A stretch of 64,000 bases of DNA from Saprospiraceae bacterium (GCA_035292505.1 DATDQA010000022.1:45296-109295), one strand, 5' to 3'; positions 49,401-61,709 are shown, numbered from the stretch's first letter. A program made the numbers and translations. The notes: a model not told the origin generated them from the letters alone.

Positions 49401-49764
49401 CAGAAATCAGCTTCTGCGCGTTCTTAATAATGTTGTCAAGAATGCTATCCAGGCGATTCCCGATGAACGTCGTGGACGCGTTGATATCTCATTACTCAAG
49501 CGTGATGATAGGGCAGTCATCAGTATTACAGATAATGGAAACGGAATTCCGGATGCGATGCGGGACAAGGTTTTCAGTCCGAATTTCACAACTAAATCAT
49601 CCGGCACAGGTCTCGGGCTTGCGATCTGTGCAAACATCGTGGAGACTTTCAATGGAAAGATCTACTTCGCGACAAACCCCGATGAAGGCACAACATTTTT
49701 CATAGAAATTCCGCTCATGCGTCTCGAGGGTAATGTGAAAGAGCAGGAGCACGTGATGTTGTAA
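46429..49764 (+). CDS. large multi-TM sensor histidine kinase (NtrY-like H-box; HAMP-HisKA-HATPase)
   Basis: About 11 predicted TM helices with two extracytoplasmic segments. HAMP (ITRPLSELGEKL...EIGALINDYNGMIEKL), H-box AHEIKNPLTPMKLSIQYL, N-box NNVVKNAIQA, G-boxes DNGNGIP and GTGLGLAI. Confidence 0.88.
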   Translation: MFITIPGYLLSRRTAWIIALSACVLGILILQLRPAHTPRDKAMVEDVQTYLRAQESSVSATLLDRSFFRSLIEVTNGQATVTNALIDKMRLLAEKSYALYLYKSDSLIYWSKPGPVIDPTLIRYGLIPIVASDHYEDFLIKEYDLYHVTSYHVYAKIPILNDAAHRHMTQVIPIKQEGEHIDTSRFEDWEILRTEEGVPVCVLQQVRTKLSFWHQIALLFFVVMGLLSMLILAMEFIHSRHQNFHAVAGGWLSITFIIGTRGVSLLTGYHEILDQLELFDPFVYLGDLGYSRGDLLIDSLLFLWIAVIAVKGKALPLRQQTTRIEKSVVIIGTYLIMILSMGLLAWIQKTLIVTNALPLELEEISFLNTSTAVVFASMGLCLFGLFVIGQRLLHSVAEIQPSIYRRIGDLLIAALISLSLLHMLDLNLSFFGFYLAVMSLLVLFDLYTEHSNPSVIWVVSWTLLIAGFEASMLYAYQKDKDRTDRLEMAQRIIADIDDTYGIEGQIFPWLPDMPPQNSIGVFKDRRLAYSYNYDYPLILQENTTPAANSKLIQINGRDDIAAHADDLTVVIGKRDTGLIKVVSTFSYVFTIFSIMLFFIALANSLLPFLPETLSLSFSSRPTLRNRIQVAIVFLIILAFVIIGFVTVFYLRNTTEDRDKRYFEDRLRAVASSILQAIPAIDSLDQTQSLIPRVAAIAYVYNRQAKLYNAQGDLVLQSEEKKSAPQRLSVKMSYLSKFLMDQSNRSYTVEDLTTSGQESYRGVLALRDQDNNRLGYVELPGTSMVQSTPDAGSKFFGTLLNAYVFLFLIAVALAIAVANSITRPLSELGEKLKKLSIGKKNEPIQWAINDEIGALINDYNGMIEKLDDSAQILALTERDLAWREMAKQVAHEIKNPLTPMKLSIQYLQNGVNTNPDKLKLLVARVSHTLIEQIDNLSNIASEFSNFAKMPQAENEKVLLNDVVASVHDLFRKREDMDIHLYVPIQDIYVFADRNQLLRVLNNVVKNAIQAIPDERRGRVDISLLKRDDRAVISITDNGNGIPDAMRDKVFSPNFTTKSSGTGLGLAICANIVETFNGKIYFATNPDEGTTFFIEIPLMRLEGNVKEQEHVML

Positions 49765-49791
49765 AAAAGAGTTGATTAAGATTGCAGATTT

Positions 49792-49947
49792 GATAACTTT
49801 CAAAAAGTCGTTAATCTCAATAATTATCTCAGCGCGTCACGCATCGTTTCCCCTATCAATGCCCGAAACATAGATTGACAACTTTCAAAAGTCGTCAAAT
49901 CTCAATAATTATCTCAACGCGTCACGCATCATTACCCCAATCAATGC
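49792..49947. repeat. 85-bp-period tandem duplication of the sucD 3' end (last 12 codons plus stop) and 32 nt of downstream sequence
   Basis: Copy 1 is 49792-49862 and copy 2 is 49877-49947; copy 2 carries the real sucD stop at 49909-49911. By hand alignment there are about 8 differences, including two 1-nt indels, over about 71 nt. Confidence 0.8.
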
Positions 49948-50778
49948 GGGTGATTTCACCACATGAATACCACAATCAGCCAGGATGACCATTTTGGCAT
50001 CTGCGGTATCTGCTTTCCCTCCGATGATCGCACCGGCATGGCCCATCTTCCGTCCTTTTGGAGCTGTCTGCCCTGCAATAAAGCCAACGACAGGTTTTGT
50101 CCCAAATTCCTTGATCCAATGCGCAGCATCAGCTTCCATATTACCTCCAATCTCACCGATCATCACGATTCCTTCCGTCTCAGGATCCCGCATTAATAGC
50201 TCTACAGCCTCTCTGGTGGTCGTGCCGGCTATCGGATCACCCCCGACACCGATACAGGTCGATTGACCCAGACCCGTTTTAGTGACCTGATCTACGGCCT
50301 CATACGTCAGCGTACCTGAGCGTGAGACGATCCCAATCGTTCCTTTTTTATGAATAAAACCTGGCATAATACCGACTTTGCATTCCTCGGGAGTAATGAT
50401 GCCCGGACAATTCGGCCCGATGAGTCTGCAATCGAAATTTCCAATGAAGGCTTTGACACGGGCCATGTCCTGGATTGGAATTCCTTCGGTGATACAGACG
50501 ATGACTTTGATACCTGCATCCGCCGCTTCCATGATGGCATCTGGAGCGAATGCAGGAGGTACAAAAATGACGCTTGTATCGGCGCCTGTCTCGTGTACCG
50601 CTTTCTCTACTGTATTGAAGACGGGTCTGTCGAGATGTTTCTCACCTCCTTTGCCAGGGGTTACACCGCCGACAACCCTGGTGCCATACTCTATCATCTG
50701 ACCTGCATGAAAAGTACCTTCCTTTCCGGTAAAGCCCTGCACGATGACGCGGCTGGTCTTATTAACGAGAACACTCAT
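49909..50778 (-). CDS. sucD: succinate--CoA ligase (ADP-forming) alpha subunit
   Basis: [24 protein letters not shown]..., SRSGTLTYE, and the active-site His region MGHAGAII. Confidence 0.95.
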   Translation of the reverse strand: MSVLVNKTSRVIVQGFTGKEGTFHAGQMIEYGTRVVGGVTPGKGGEKHLDRPVFNTVEKAVHETGADTSVIFVPPAFAPDAIMEAADAGIKVIVCITEGIPIQDMARVKAFIGNFDCRLIGPNCPGIITPEECKVGIMPGFIHKKGTIGIVSRSGTLTYEAVDQVTKTGLGQSTCIGVGGDPIAGTTTREAVELLMRDPETEGIVMIGEIGGNMEADAAHWIKEFGTKPVVGFIAGQTAPKGRKMGHAGAIIGGKADTADAKMVILADCGIHVVKSPALIGVMMRDALR

Positions 50779-50812
50779 ACTGATCTATTGTAAAAAAATG
50801 TGCGAGAGCGTC

Positions 50813-51124
50813 TTATTTCCGCTTGATGATAAAAACTTCCTCATCTGGTTTATGCATAAAGTATCGCTCTCTGGCATACCGTTCTGCCTGGGTTTGCATC
50901 AATTGTCGTTCGGAGAGAACCTCTTCTAACTTGTCAGCATACTCATATTTCTCACGATCGAGCTCCTTTACTTTACTGAGCAACTTATACTGCACGATGA
51001 GATTATGCCTGTCAAAAAAAGTAAGCCACACGATAAAGACCATGAACGCCACGAAATACTTATTGAATAAACCGGAATGCCTGTGTTGATCAATCCAGTG
51101 CTGCACTGAAGCGAGTAGTTTCAT
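50813..51124 (-). CDS. septum formation initiator family protein (FtsB/DivIC-like)
   Basis: 103 aa. Single N-terminal TM helix (YFVAFMVFIVWLTFF) followed by a coiled coil. Has the classical position directly downstream of eno. Confidence 0.75.
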   Translation of the reverse strand: MKLLASVQHWIDQHRHSGLFNKYFVAFMVFIVWLTFFDRHNLIVQYKLLSKVKELDREKYEYADKLEEVLSERQLMQTQAERYARERYFMHKPDEEVFIIKRK

Positions 51125-51185
51125 TGTAGTTGAGCCTTAGGAAGTACGAAGATAGAAAAAACATGAAAGCAACGATTATTTCAGC

Positions 51186-53599
<2,414 letters not shown>

Positions 53600-53695
53600 A
53601 TAAAATCAAATATATGTATTGTTCTGAATGCTGTCTTATCCAGCCTAAGTTTCCCGATTTTTCATGTCATCCCATTCTTTCGTCAACGTAAAATG

Positions 53696-53733
53696 AAAAA
53701 GGCGGCACTTCACAGGAAGAACCGCCCTTTTTT
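53696..53733 (-). terminator. rho-independent terminator ending the ribosomal alpha operon (after rplQ)
   Basis: Minus strand: AAAAAAGGGCGG-16 nt-CCGCCTTTTTCATTTT. Confidence 0.65.
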
Positions 53734-53765
53734 GAGATATTCGATTCGCAGCCGTTTTGCACTGC

Positions 53766-54266
53766 TTAATTTTCCTCATTTGTGTCATCCGCTACCGATC
53801 CGGTTTCTGCAGGTTTTTCAGTTGTCGCAACAGTTTTGCTCTTACCACGACGTGTTTTCCTCTTTTGAGTTGTCGCAGCTTTTGTGTCAGTACCACCAAC
53901 GTAATCCTGATTGAAATCCACAAATTCAATCATTGCTGTCTCCGCCCCATCCCCGGGCCTTGTCCCTGTACGGATCACCCGGACATATCCGCCAGGTCTC
54001 CCGCCGATTTTTTCACGCACGGGACCGAAGAGTTCCTGGATCGCTTCTTTATTCTCCATGTAGCTAAAGACAGTACGTCTCGCATGCGTCGTATTTGTCT
54101 TCGCTTTGGTGACTAATGGTTCCACATACACCCGGAGCGCCTTTGCTTTCGCCAATGTGGTATTGATGCGTTTGTGAAGAATCAGAGAAGCAGCCATGTT
54201 GCTCAACAATGCCGCGCGATGGGCTTTCTTGCGTCCGAGATGATTGAATTTTTTCCCGTGTCTCAT
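53766..54266 (-). CDS. rplQ: 50S ribosomal protein L17 (with a Lys/Thr-rich C-terminal extension)
   Basis: [45 protein letters not shown]. Start is residue M18 of the track ORF. Confidence 0.95.
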   Translation of the reverse strand: MRHGKKFNHLGRKKAHRAALLSNMAASLILHKRINTTLAKAKALRVYVEPLVTKAKTNTTHARRTVFSYMENKEAIQELFGPVREKIGGRPGGYVRVIRTGTRPGDGAETAMIEFVDFNQDYVGGTDTKAATTQKRKTRRGKSKTVATTEKPAETGSVADDTNEEN

Positions 54267-54349
54267 GATTAAACGATATTGTGATCTTCGTGACACCTGG
54301 TGCCGAATATCCCGCACTCATAGGTTATCACATCAATGGATTTTCATGA

Positions 54350-55348
54350 TTAATCCTCGTCCAATTTGTATTTGGAAAGCTCCATACCGAAGGTCAGCCC
54401 TTTTGTCTGGAGCAACTCTTCAATTTCAACAAGTGATTTTTTTCCAAAATTTCTGAACTTCAATAATTCATGTGTATCGTACTTAACTAACTCGCCGAGG
54501 GTGTTTATCTTAGCCGCCTTGAGACAGTTGTATGCACGTACCGAGAGATCGAGATCTTCGAGAGATGTTTTGAGCAACTTTCGCATGTGCAGGATATGCT
54601 CATCTACGATCGCTTCATCACGACCAATCCCGTCTTCAAATGAAATATTCTCATCCGTGATAAGCATCAGGTGTTGAATCAAAATTCTCGATGCTTCTTT
54701 GATTGCATCTTCCGGGTGAATCGTGCCATCAGTCTCCACTTCAATGGTCAGTTTTTCATAGTCTGTTCTCTGACCAACGCGTGTATTTGAGATCTGATAT
54801 GCCACATTCTTAATCGGAGTATAAATCGCATCCACAGGAATCACACCTATCGGTGCGTCTGAAGGCAGGCTTTCGTCAGCGGGCAAGTAGCCTCTGCCTT
54901 TCGTAATTGTGAGCTCAAGCTCCAGATTGACGGAGGGTTCAAGATGACATAAGACGAGATCCGGGTTCATCACCTTGAAGATATTGGTATGTGCCTCGAT
55001 ATCTTTCGCGCGAAACTCTTCCTTGCCACTGATCGTCAGATAGATTTTTTCTTCCTGAACCTCAGCATCTTTTAAGGTGGGCTTGAGACGCACCTGTTTC
55101 AGATTCAGGATGATATCTACTACATCTTCATGTATACCGCTGATGGTTGAAAACTCATGATCTACACCTGCTATACGGACAGCGGAAATAGCATAACCCT
55201 CGAGTGAAGAGAGAAGGACTCTACGCAAAGAATTTCCTACGGTTTGTCCGAAGCCGGGTTCGAGAGGACGAAATTCGAAAATCCCGCGAAAGTCCGTTGC
55301 TTTCTGGAGGATGATCTTATCCGGTTTCTGGAAGTTCAAGATACTCAT
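54350..55348 (-). CDS. rpoA: DNA-directed RNA polymerase alpha subunit
   Basis: [12 protein letters not shown]...[28 protein letters not shown], and C-terminal domain [26 protein letters not shown] at 55348; GTG 55354 is an alternative. Confidence 0.96.
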   Translation of the reverse strand: MSILNFQKPDKIILQKATDFRGIFEFRPLEPGFGQTVGNSLRRVLLSSLEGYAISAVRIAGVDHEFSTISGIHEDVVDIILNLKQVRLKPTLKDAEVQEEKIYLTISGKEEFRAKDIEAHTNIFKVMNPDLVLCHLEPSVNLELELTITKGRGYLPADESLPSDAPIGVIPVDAIYTPIKNVAYQISNTRVGQRTDYEKLTIEVETDGTIHPEDAIKEASRILIQHLMLITDENISFEDGIGRDEAIVDEHILHMRKLLKTSLEDLDLSVRAYNCLKAAKINTLGELVKYDTHELLKFRNFGKKSLVEIEELLQTKGLTFGMELSKYKLDED

Positions 55349-55415
55349 AGACACTACTGATGTTTATTTTGATAAATCCGCGAAAGGCCGGCATCCCGGC
55401 ATTTTTTACGCGCTC

Positions 55416-56027
55416 TTACTTAGAGTACAATTCGACAATCAATTGTTCATTGATCTTTTCAGGGATGTGTTCTCTGTCTGGATACTCGATGAATTTTCCC
55501 TCGAAGCGATCCGGATTCCACTCCAACCAGGGGAATTTGCGGATACTTGATTTCGCACGGACATTGTCACGAACAACATCCAGATTTTGAGATTTTCCAC
55601 GCACCGAGATCATGTCCCCGGGTTTTAGTTCATATGAAGGAATATTGGTCAGCACACCGTTTACCAGAATATGCTGATGAGATACTAACTGACGTGCTGC
55701 ACGACGTGTCGGAGCGACTCCCATGCGGAAAATCGTGTTATCGAGTCGCGCTTCCAGGAATTGCAACAGCACCTGACCCGTCACCCCTTTTTTACTGGTG
55801 GCCATTTCAAACAATTTGCGGAACTGCCGTTCTAATACCCCGTAGGTATATTTCGCTTTCTGCTTTTCCAGGAGTTGCAGCGCATAATCAGATCTTTGCT
55901 TTCTGCGACGAGTGGGGCCATGTTGTCCAGGGCCGTATTTTTTACGGTCGAAGATCTTATCCTCGCCATAGATCTGTTCACCGAGAGCTCTCGCTTTTTT
56001 AGATCTGGGCCCTATATACCTTGCCAT
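55416..56027 (-). CDS. rpsD: 30S ribosomal protein S4
   Basis: MARYIGPRSKKARALG...YALQLLEKQKAKYTYGVLERQFR...RLDN... Confidence 0.96.
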   Translation of the reverse strand: MARYIGPRSKKARALGEQIYGEDKIFDRKKYGPGQHGPTRRRKQRSDYALQLLEKQKAKYTYGVLERQFRKLFEMATSKKGVTGQVLLQFLEARLDNTIFRMGVAPTRRAARQLVSHQHILVNGVLTNIPSYELKPGDMISVRGKSQNLDVVRDNVRAKSSIRKFPWLEWNPDRFEGKFIEYPDREHIPEKINEQLIVELYSK

Positions 56028-56069
56028 TTGTTATTCTCTTTTCAGTTCAAGTAAAATGAATGAGATGGG

Positions 56070-56459
56070 TTACACTCTGCGTTTTTTAGGTGGCCTGCAT
56101 CCATTATGCGGAATGGGAGTCAGATCTTGTATTTTAGTTACTCTCAGACCTGCTACATCGATTGCACGGATTGCAGCTTCGCGTCCTGATCCGGGACCTT
56201 TCACGAAGATTTGTACGTTGCGCATACCCGCATCAAACGCTTGTTGTGCTGCAGTATTGGCAGCCATCTGTGCTGCATAGGGAGTATTCTTTTTAGATCC
56301 CTTGAAGCCGGCTTTACCAGCACTGGCCCATGATACAACCTGACCCTGCCTGTTACATACAGAGACAATGATATTGTTAAAGGAGGCCTGAATATATACC
56401 ATGCCATCCGGATCCACTTTGACTTTCCTCTTCTTTGCTGCCTTCTTGACTTTTGACAT
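56070..56459 (-). CDS. rpsK: 30S ribosomal protein S11
   Basis: ...[42 protein letters not shown]...[13 protein letters not shown]. Confidence 0.96.
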   Translation of the reverse strand: MSKVKKAAKKRKVKVDPDGMVYIQASFNNIIVSVCNRQGQVVSWASAGKAGFKGSKKNTPYAAQMAANTAAQQAFDAGMRNVQIFVKGPGSGREAAIRAIDVAGLRVTKIQDLTPIPHNGCRPPKKRRV

Positions 56460-56492
56460 TTGGTATGCTTACTATTGATGATTACTTAGGGA

Positions 56493-56870
56493 TTACTTCG
56501 TTGCTTTCTTCTTATTGGCAACCGTCTTTTTCTTGCCTTTACGCGTGCGGGCATTTGTGCGGGTGCGTTGTCCACGTACGGGTAAGCCTTTGCGATGCCT
56601 TAATCCACGATAACACCCAATATCCATCAGCCGTTTAATGTTCAATTGAACTTCGCTTCTCAGCTCACCCTCTACCGTGAGTTCTTCCTGAATGTAACTG
56701 GCAATGGAACGGACATTTTCATCCGTCCATTCATTGACTTTCACATTTTCATCAATGGAAGCTTTGCTGAGGATGTTTTGTGCTGTGGACTTGCCAATAC
56801 CATAGATGTATTGAAGCCCAATCACTCCTCGCTTCATTCTTGGAAGATCAACTCCTGCAATCCTTGCCAT
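56493..56870 (-). CDS. rpsM: 30S ribosomal protein S13
   Basis: [31 protein letters not shown]...[24 protein letters not shown]. Confidence 0.96.
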   Translation of the reverse strand: MARIAGVDLPRMKRGVIGLQYIYGIGKSTAQNILSKASIDENVKVNEWTDENVRSIASYIQEELTVEGELRSEVQLNIKRLMDIGCYRGLRHRKGLPVRGQRTRTNARTRKGKKKTVANKKKATK

Positions 56871-56897
56871 AACCTGAATTTTCTCCTATATCAGAGA

Positions 56898-57014
56898 TTA
56901 ACCCTGACGTTGTTTAAACTTTGGAGTTTTTTTGTTGATGATATACAACTTGCCCTTACGTTTTACAATTTTGCAATCCGCTGAGCGCTTTTTAATCGAT
57001 GCTCTTACCTTCAT
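56898..57014 (-). CDS. rpmJ: 50S ribosomal protein L36
   Basis: Too short for the ORF track. Hand translation gives [38 protein letters not shown] (38 aa). Has the canonical infA-rpmJ-rpsM position. Confidence 0.93.
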   Translation of the reverse strand: MKVRASIKKRSADCKIVKRKGKLYIINKKTPKFKQRQG

Positions 57015-57026
57015 TGGTACAGATCT

Positions 57027-57245
57027 TTACTTGTATCGATACGTAATCCGTCCCCGAGACAAATCATAGGGGGACATCTCTACCGCTACCTTATCCCCGG
57101 GCAATATCCGGATGTAGTGCATCCGCATCTTTCCCGAAATCGTGGCAAGGAGCACGTGATCGTTCTCCAACCTTACCCGAAACATGGCATTTGACAGCGC
57201 TTCCTCGATGATTCCATCCTGTTTGATAAGCTGCTGCTTAGCCAT
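57027..57245 (-). CDS. infA: translation initiation factor IF-1
   Basis: [75 protein letters not shown] at 57245. Confidence 0.96.
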   Translation of the reverse strand: MAKQQLIKQDGIIEEALSNAMFRVRLENDHVLLATISGKMRMHYIRILPGDKVAVEMSPYDLSRGRITYRYK

Positions 57246-57269
57246 TTTCAAATTTTGGAGTGCAAATAT

Positions 57270-58127
57270 CTACTTTTTTAACGAAGTTTTACTGATTTCA
57301 ACGTTATTTTTGGCCGCTGCTTCAATGCCCGTATGGTCTGAAAGGATATCAGCCCTCTCCTTCCGCACCACCACCGTGTGTTCGAAATGGGCTGAGGGTT
57401 TGCGGTCCCGGGCGCTGACGGTCCAGCCATCCTTCGCCTGCACCACTTCTTTCCTTCCAAGGTTGATCATTGGCTCGATTGCGATAACCAAGCCGTCCTT
57501 AAGCACAATTCCAGTGCCCCGACGACCGTAATTTGGGACTTCAGGAGGTTCGTGAAGATTTCTGCCGACACCGTGTCCAACGAGTTCCCGGACAACTGAG
57601 AAATGATGCACCCGTTCGCATAAATTCTGAATTGCATATCCAATGTCGCCAAGCCTCTTGCCGGCTACTGCCTGTTCAATCCCAAGGTACAAGGCCTCAT
57701 GTGTTACTTCCAGCAACTTCCGGACATTGTCAGCTATCTCACCAAGAGGGAAAGTATATGCCGCATCTCCGTAATATCCATTGTGATATACTCCGCAATC
57801 TACTGAGACGATATCCCCGTCTGCAAATTCCGTATCTCCAGGAATTCCATGGACAACACCTTCATTTACGGAGATGCAAAGGGTGGCAGGAAAATCCCGA
57901 TACCCTTTGAAACCGGGTTTCGCCTGATTGTCACGAATGAGCTCTTCTGCTTCCTTATCCAACAGACGACCCGTTATCCCCGGTTTGAGTCGTCCGGCAA
58001 CATGAGCGAGAGTTTTACATACGAGCAGACAGTTTGCACGGATGATCTCGACTTCCTCATCAGTCTTGTAATAGATCCGATCCTGAGCAGGAGCAGAATT
58101 GGTGGTAGAAGAAATAGAGCGCAGCAT
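57270..58127 (-). CDS. map: type I methionine aminopeptidase
   Basis: Metal ligands in context: DIVSVDCGVYHNGYYGDAAYTF, ...GHGVGRNLHEPP..., ...AIEPM..., ...HFEHTV. Confidence 0.94.
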   Translation of the reverse strand: MLRSISSTTNSAPAQDRIYYKTDEEVEIIRANCLLVCKTLAHVAGRLKPGITGRLLDKEAEELIRDNQAKPGFKGYRDFPATLCISVNEGVVHGIPGDTEFADGDIVSVDCGVYHNGYYGDAAYTFPLGEIADNVRKLLEVTHEALYLGIEQAVAGKRLGDIGYAIQNLCERVHHFSVVRELVGHGVGRNLHEPPEVPNYGRRGTGIVLKDGLVIAIEPMINLGRKEVVQAKDGWTVSARDRKPSAHFEHTVVVRKERADILSDHTGIEAAAKNNVEISKTSLKK

Positions 58128-58135
58128 ACCCTCTA

Positions 58136-59494
58136 TTACATTGGAGCGCCAATACCCTGCACATTGCTACGACCTTTCAACTTTCCAGATTTGACCAATC
58201 CATCATACTTGCGCATGAGAAGATGGCTCTCAATCTGCTGAAGCGTATCCAGCACAACACCGACGAGAATGAGCAAAGAAGTCCCCCCGAAGAAAACTGC
58301 AAATGCCTGGTTGACACCAAAAGCATATGCAAATGCCGGGATGACAGTGATAAATCCGAGAAAAATTGATCCCGGCAATGTCACCCTTGTCGTTACATTA
58401 TCGATGAAGTCCGCAGTATCTTTTCCAGGCTTAATGCCCGGGATGAACGCATTCTGACGTTTCAGGTAGTCCGCATACTGCTGAGGGTTTACCAGCAGCG
58501 CTGTATAGATATAGGTAAAGAACACAACGAGAATAAATGAAATCACACTGGATAAAAAAGAAAATGGCGCTGATAGCTGTGCTACGATGCCTCCGGACAA
58601 TTGGGATGCGTCGCTGACAAAATACTGCGCAACAGTCAGGGGAAGGAACATCAATGCCTGTGCAAAAATGATCGGCATTACACCAGCAGCATTTACTTTT
58701 AAAGGAATGTAATCGCGTACACCTGCCTGCGGAATATTCTGATTTCCACGCCCTACCATCCGTTTGGCAAACTGAATCGGAATGCGACGAATGGCCTGGA
58801 CAATTGCGATAGTGACAAGGGTGACAACAAAGAATGCCGCCAACTCCAAAACAAAAAGAAATAATCCGCTTGCACCAAGACGTGCTGTAAACTCAAAAAT
58901 CAAGGCCTGAGGCAGCCTCGCGATAATCCCAATCATGATCAACAAGGATATTCCGTTTCCAATGCCTCGATCCGTAATACGCTCCCCAAGCCACATTGCG
59001 AAGATGGTTCCGGTGGATAAAATAATGATACTTGCCAACCAGAAAATACCAGGAGAAACGTTTGGATCCACAGCGTTCATCCCCTGTACATAGGACAGAT
59101 ACGCACCACCTTGAACAAGGGTGATAGCCACAGTCAACAGTCTCGTGATCTGACTGATCTTCTTACGACCAGATTCACCTTCCTGTTGCTGAAGCCTTTG
59201 AAAATACGGTACGGCAAAGCCAAGAAGTTGTACGATAATCGAAGCGGTGATGTAGGGCATTATTCCCAGCGCGAAAATCGCAGCATTACCAAAAGCACCA
59301 CCCGTAAATACATTGATCAGGCTTAGCAAGTCATTCCCTCCAAGTGAAGCCTGGAGAGCATCTGGATTCACACCAGGTAAAACGATAAATGATCCCAAGC
59401 GAAAGACTGCGAGCAATCCCAACGTATAAAGAATACGCTGCCGCAGTTCTTTGATGTTCCAGATATTCTTGAGAGTATCAATAAATTTTTTCAT
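58136..59494 (-). CDS. secY: preprotein translocase subunit SecY
   Basis: 10-TM pattern: ...GGAFGNAAIFALGIMPYITASIIVQLL...GISLLIMIGI... Confidence 0.96.
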   Translation of the reverse strand: MKKFIDTLKNIWNIKELRQRILYTLGLLAVFRLGSFIVLPGVNPDALQASLGGNDLLSLINVFTGGAFGNAAIFALGIMPYITASIIVQLLGFAVPYFQRLQQQEGESGRKKISQITRLLTVAITLVQGGAYLSYVQGMNAVDPNVSPGIFWLASIIILSTGTIFAMWLGERITDRGIGNGISLLIMIGIIARLPQALIFEFTARLGASGLFLFVLELAAFFVVTLVTIAIVQAIRRIPIQFAKRMVGRGNQNIPQAGVRDYIPLKVNAAGVMPIIFAQALMFLPLTVAQYFVSDASQLSGGIVAQLSAPFSFLSSVISFILVVFFTYIYTALLVNPQQYADYLKRQNAFIPGIKPGKDTADFIDNVTTRVTLPGSIFLGFITVIPAFAYAFGVNQAFAVFFGGTSLLILVGVVLDTLQQIESHLLMRKYDGLVKSGKLKGRSNVQGIGAPM

Positions 59495-59500
59495 CGATAA

Positions 59501-59950
59501 TTATTGTACGATGGTAATGATGCCCCCCTTACCTTCGATGGCTGAACGCGCGGAGGCAGAAACTGCATGTGCTTCAACAGCGACAGAATCCGTAAGCTCG
59601 CCCCGGCCGAGAATTTTTACCAAGTCCCGTTTCTTGATATAGTTTGTCTTTCGTAACAAATCAAGAGTGACGGTCTTTACGCCATTCTTCGTCGCAAATG
59701 ACTGAAGCTGATCAAGATTGATACCAACAAAATATGTCTTATTCGGTGAATTGAAACCAACTTTAGGGATGCGCATTTGCAATGGCATCTGACCACCTTC
59801 ATGATGCCGCTTTTTACTGTACCCCGATCTCGATTGCTGACCTTTATGTCCTTTCGTGGAAGTTCCACCATGACCTGAACCCTGGCCACGTGCAATTCGT
59901 TTGCCTTTCTTTATTGAACCGGGAGCAGGAGTAAGATTGTGCAATTCCAT
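59501..59950 (-). CDS. rplO: 50S ribosomal protein L15
   Basis: MELHNLTPAPGSIKKGKRIARGQGSGHGGTSTKGHKGQQSRSG. Confidence 0.95.
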   Translation of the reverse strand: MELHNLTPAPGSIKKGKRIARGQGSGHGGTSTKGHKGQQSRSGYSKKRHHEGGQMPLQMRIPKVGFNSPNKTYFVGINLDQLQSFATKNGVKTVTLDLLRKTNYIKKRDLVKILGRGELTDSVAVEAHAVSASARSAIEGKGGIITIVQ

Positions 59951-59976
59951 TTCTACATCGAGTTTACATTCACCAA

Positions 59977-60162
59977 TTAAGACGAAATCTTATCAACGCG
60001 CACGAGATGACCGACGATATCGAGCATCCCCAGGATTTGCCTGGAATCCTCATGCTCCACAGTCTGACTGATTTTACGCAATCCCAATGCGTGCAATGTA
60101 TCTTTCTGTCTTTTCGGTCGATCGATCGGACTTTTTATTTGAGTGATTCTGAGCTTTGCCAT
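59977..60162 (-). CDS. rpmD: 50S ribosomal protein L30
   Basis: MAKLRITQIKSPIDRPKRQKDTLHALGLRKISQTVEHEDS. Confidence 0.93.
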   Translation of the reverse strand: MAKLRITQIKSPIDRPKRQKDTLHALGLRKISQTVEHEDSRQILGMLDIVGHLVRVDKISS

Positions 60163-60191
60163 GATATCAGTCTGATGCTTCGTGTATGATT

Positions 60192-60707
60192 TTAACCCTG
60201 GAATAATTTGGTCATAGAGATTCCACGCTGAGCAGCCACTTCTTTAGGACTGCGGAGTTTCTGGAGTGCATCCATTGTCGCTTTCACCACATTATGCGGA
60301 TTTGATGATCCCATCGATTTTGCAAGTACATTGTGCACCCCGGCGATCTCAAGTACTGCGCGCATTGCCCCACCTGCAATGACACCGGTACCATCAGCAG
60401 CAGGTTTAATGAGCACTCTGCCCGCACCGTACTTTCCATTTTGTGGATGTGGAATTGTGCCTTTATGCAACGGTACGCGGATAAGATCTTTTTTAGCATC
60501 ATCAACTGCTTTTGAAATAGCCTCTGTGACATCCCTTGCTTTCCCCAATCCATGTCCAACGGTACCTTGACCGTCACCGACCACAACAATAGCCGAAAAA
60601 CTAAAGGTACGGCCACCCTTTGTCACTTTGGCGACTCGATTCAGTGAGACGAGCTTTTCCTGCAGCTCAGTCTCAGTTGGCTTCACCCTTGTCACTGCTT
60701 TTGCCAT
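60192..60707 (-). CDS. rpsE: 30S ribosomal protein S5
   Basis: ...[39 protein letters not shown]... Confidence 0.96.
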   Translation of the reverse strand: MAKAVTRVKPTETELQEKLVSLNRVAKVTKGGRTFSFSAIVVVGDGQGTVGHGLGKARDVTEAISKAVDDAKKDLIRVPLHKGTIPHPQNGKYGAGRVLIKPAADGTGVIAGGAMRAVLEIAGVHNVLAKSMGSSNPHNVVKATMDALQKLRSPKEVAAQRGISMTKLFQG

Positions 60708-60741
60708 CAGTTGTATTCTGTTTGTTCTATTTGCTGTTAAA

Positions 60742-61095
60742 TTAAAACTTCAGTCCTTTTTCACGAGCACCCTCTGCCAGAGCTTTGACGCGGCCGTGAT
60801 AGATATATCCACCCCGATCAAAGACCACAGAGTCAATATTCAGGTCTAAGGCGCGCTGTCCGATCAACTGACCGACGGTTTTTGCACGTTCTGTCTTATT
60901 GCCACCTGCCTGAAGGCTCTCATCGGATGAACTTGCAGCAGCCAATGTTTTGCCATTCAGATCGTCGATGAGTTGACAATAAATTTCCTTATTACTACGA
61001 AAGACAGAAAGGCGTGGCTTGTTTGCACTACCCCTGATTTTATGACGAATCCGATACCGGATCCGTTGTCTCTTTTCTATTTTATCGAAACTCAT
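60742..61095 (-). CDS. rplR: 50S ribosomal protein L18
   Basis: ...[31 protein letters not shown]...[27 protein letters not shown]. Confidence 0.95.
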   Translation of the reverse strand: MSFDKIEKRQRIRYRIRHKIRGSANKPRLSVFRSNKEIYCQLIDDLNGKTLAAASSSDESLQAGGNKTERAKTVGQLIGQRALDLNIDSVVFDRGGYIYHGRVKALAEGAREKGLKF

Positions 61096-61106
61096 AGCTC
61101 AAACAA

Positions 61107-61661
61107 TTATTTGCCGGCTGTTTTACCAGCTTTCCTACGTAAGACTTCGGTAGAGTATTTAATCCCCTTCCCTTTATATGGCTCGGGCTTTCTGAGAGAT
61201 CTGATTTTTGCTGCAATCTGACCCAACAATTGCTTCTCAGGACTTTCGAGGCGAATTGTAGGATTTGATCCTTTTTCCGTCTTCGTCATGACCTTGACTT
61301 CATCGGGTATATACATCATGATCGGGTGAGAAAAACCGACGGAGATTTCCAGTAGATTTCCTGCATTGCTGATACGATATCCAACCCCGACCAACTCAAG
61401 TTCTTTCACAAATCCTTTATGTACTCCTTCCACCATATTTGCCAGTACAGAGCGATACATTCCGTGCATCGCTTTATGACGCTTCTGATCCGTTGGCCGT
61501 TCAATCCTGATCGTATCATCCTGCACAGAAACCTTGATATCAGGATGTACTTCCTGAGTCAGGACACCTTTCGGGCCTTTGACACTCACCAGGTTGTTCT
61601 GACTGATGTCAATCTTCACCCCTGCAGGAATTTGTATCAGTGCGTTACCTATTCTAGACAT
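61107..61661 (-). CDS. rplF: 50S ribosomal protein L6
   Basis: MSRIGNALIQIPAGVKIDISQNNLVSVKGPKG...GVGYR. Start is residue M10 of the track ORF. Confidence 0.95.
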   Translation of the reverse strand: MSRIGNALIQIPAGVKIDISQNNLVSVKGPKGVLTQEVHPDIKVSVQDDTIRIERPTDQKRHKAMHGMYRSVLANMVEGVHKGFVKELELVGVGYRISNAGNLLEISVGFSHPIMMYIPDEVKVMTKTEKGSNPTIRLESPEKQLLGQIAAKIRSLRKPEPYKGKGIKYSTEVLRRKAGKTAGK

Positions 61662-61709
61662 TTCAATTGGATTTAACCAATGATGCAATACAATATCATC
61701 GAGATTCTA

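Noticed and set aside
53766-53900. A Lys/Thr/Glu-rich C-terminal extension of about 40 aa on ribosomal protein L17.
   Set aside because: From memory, extended L17 tails are common in Bacteroidota. This is not evidence of anything unusual in this genome.
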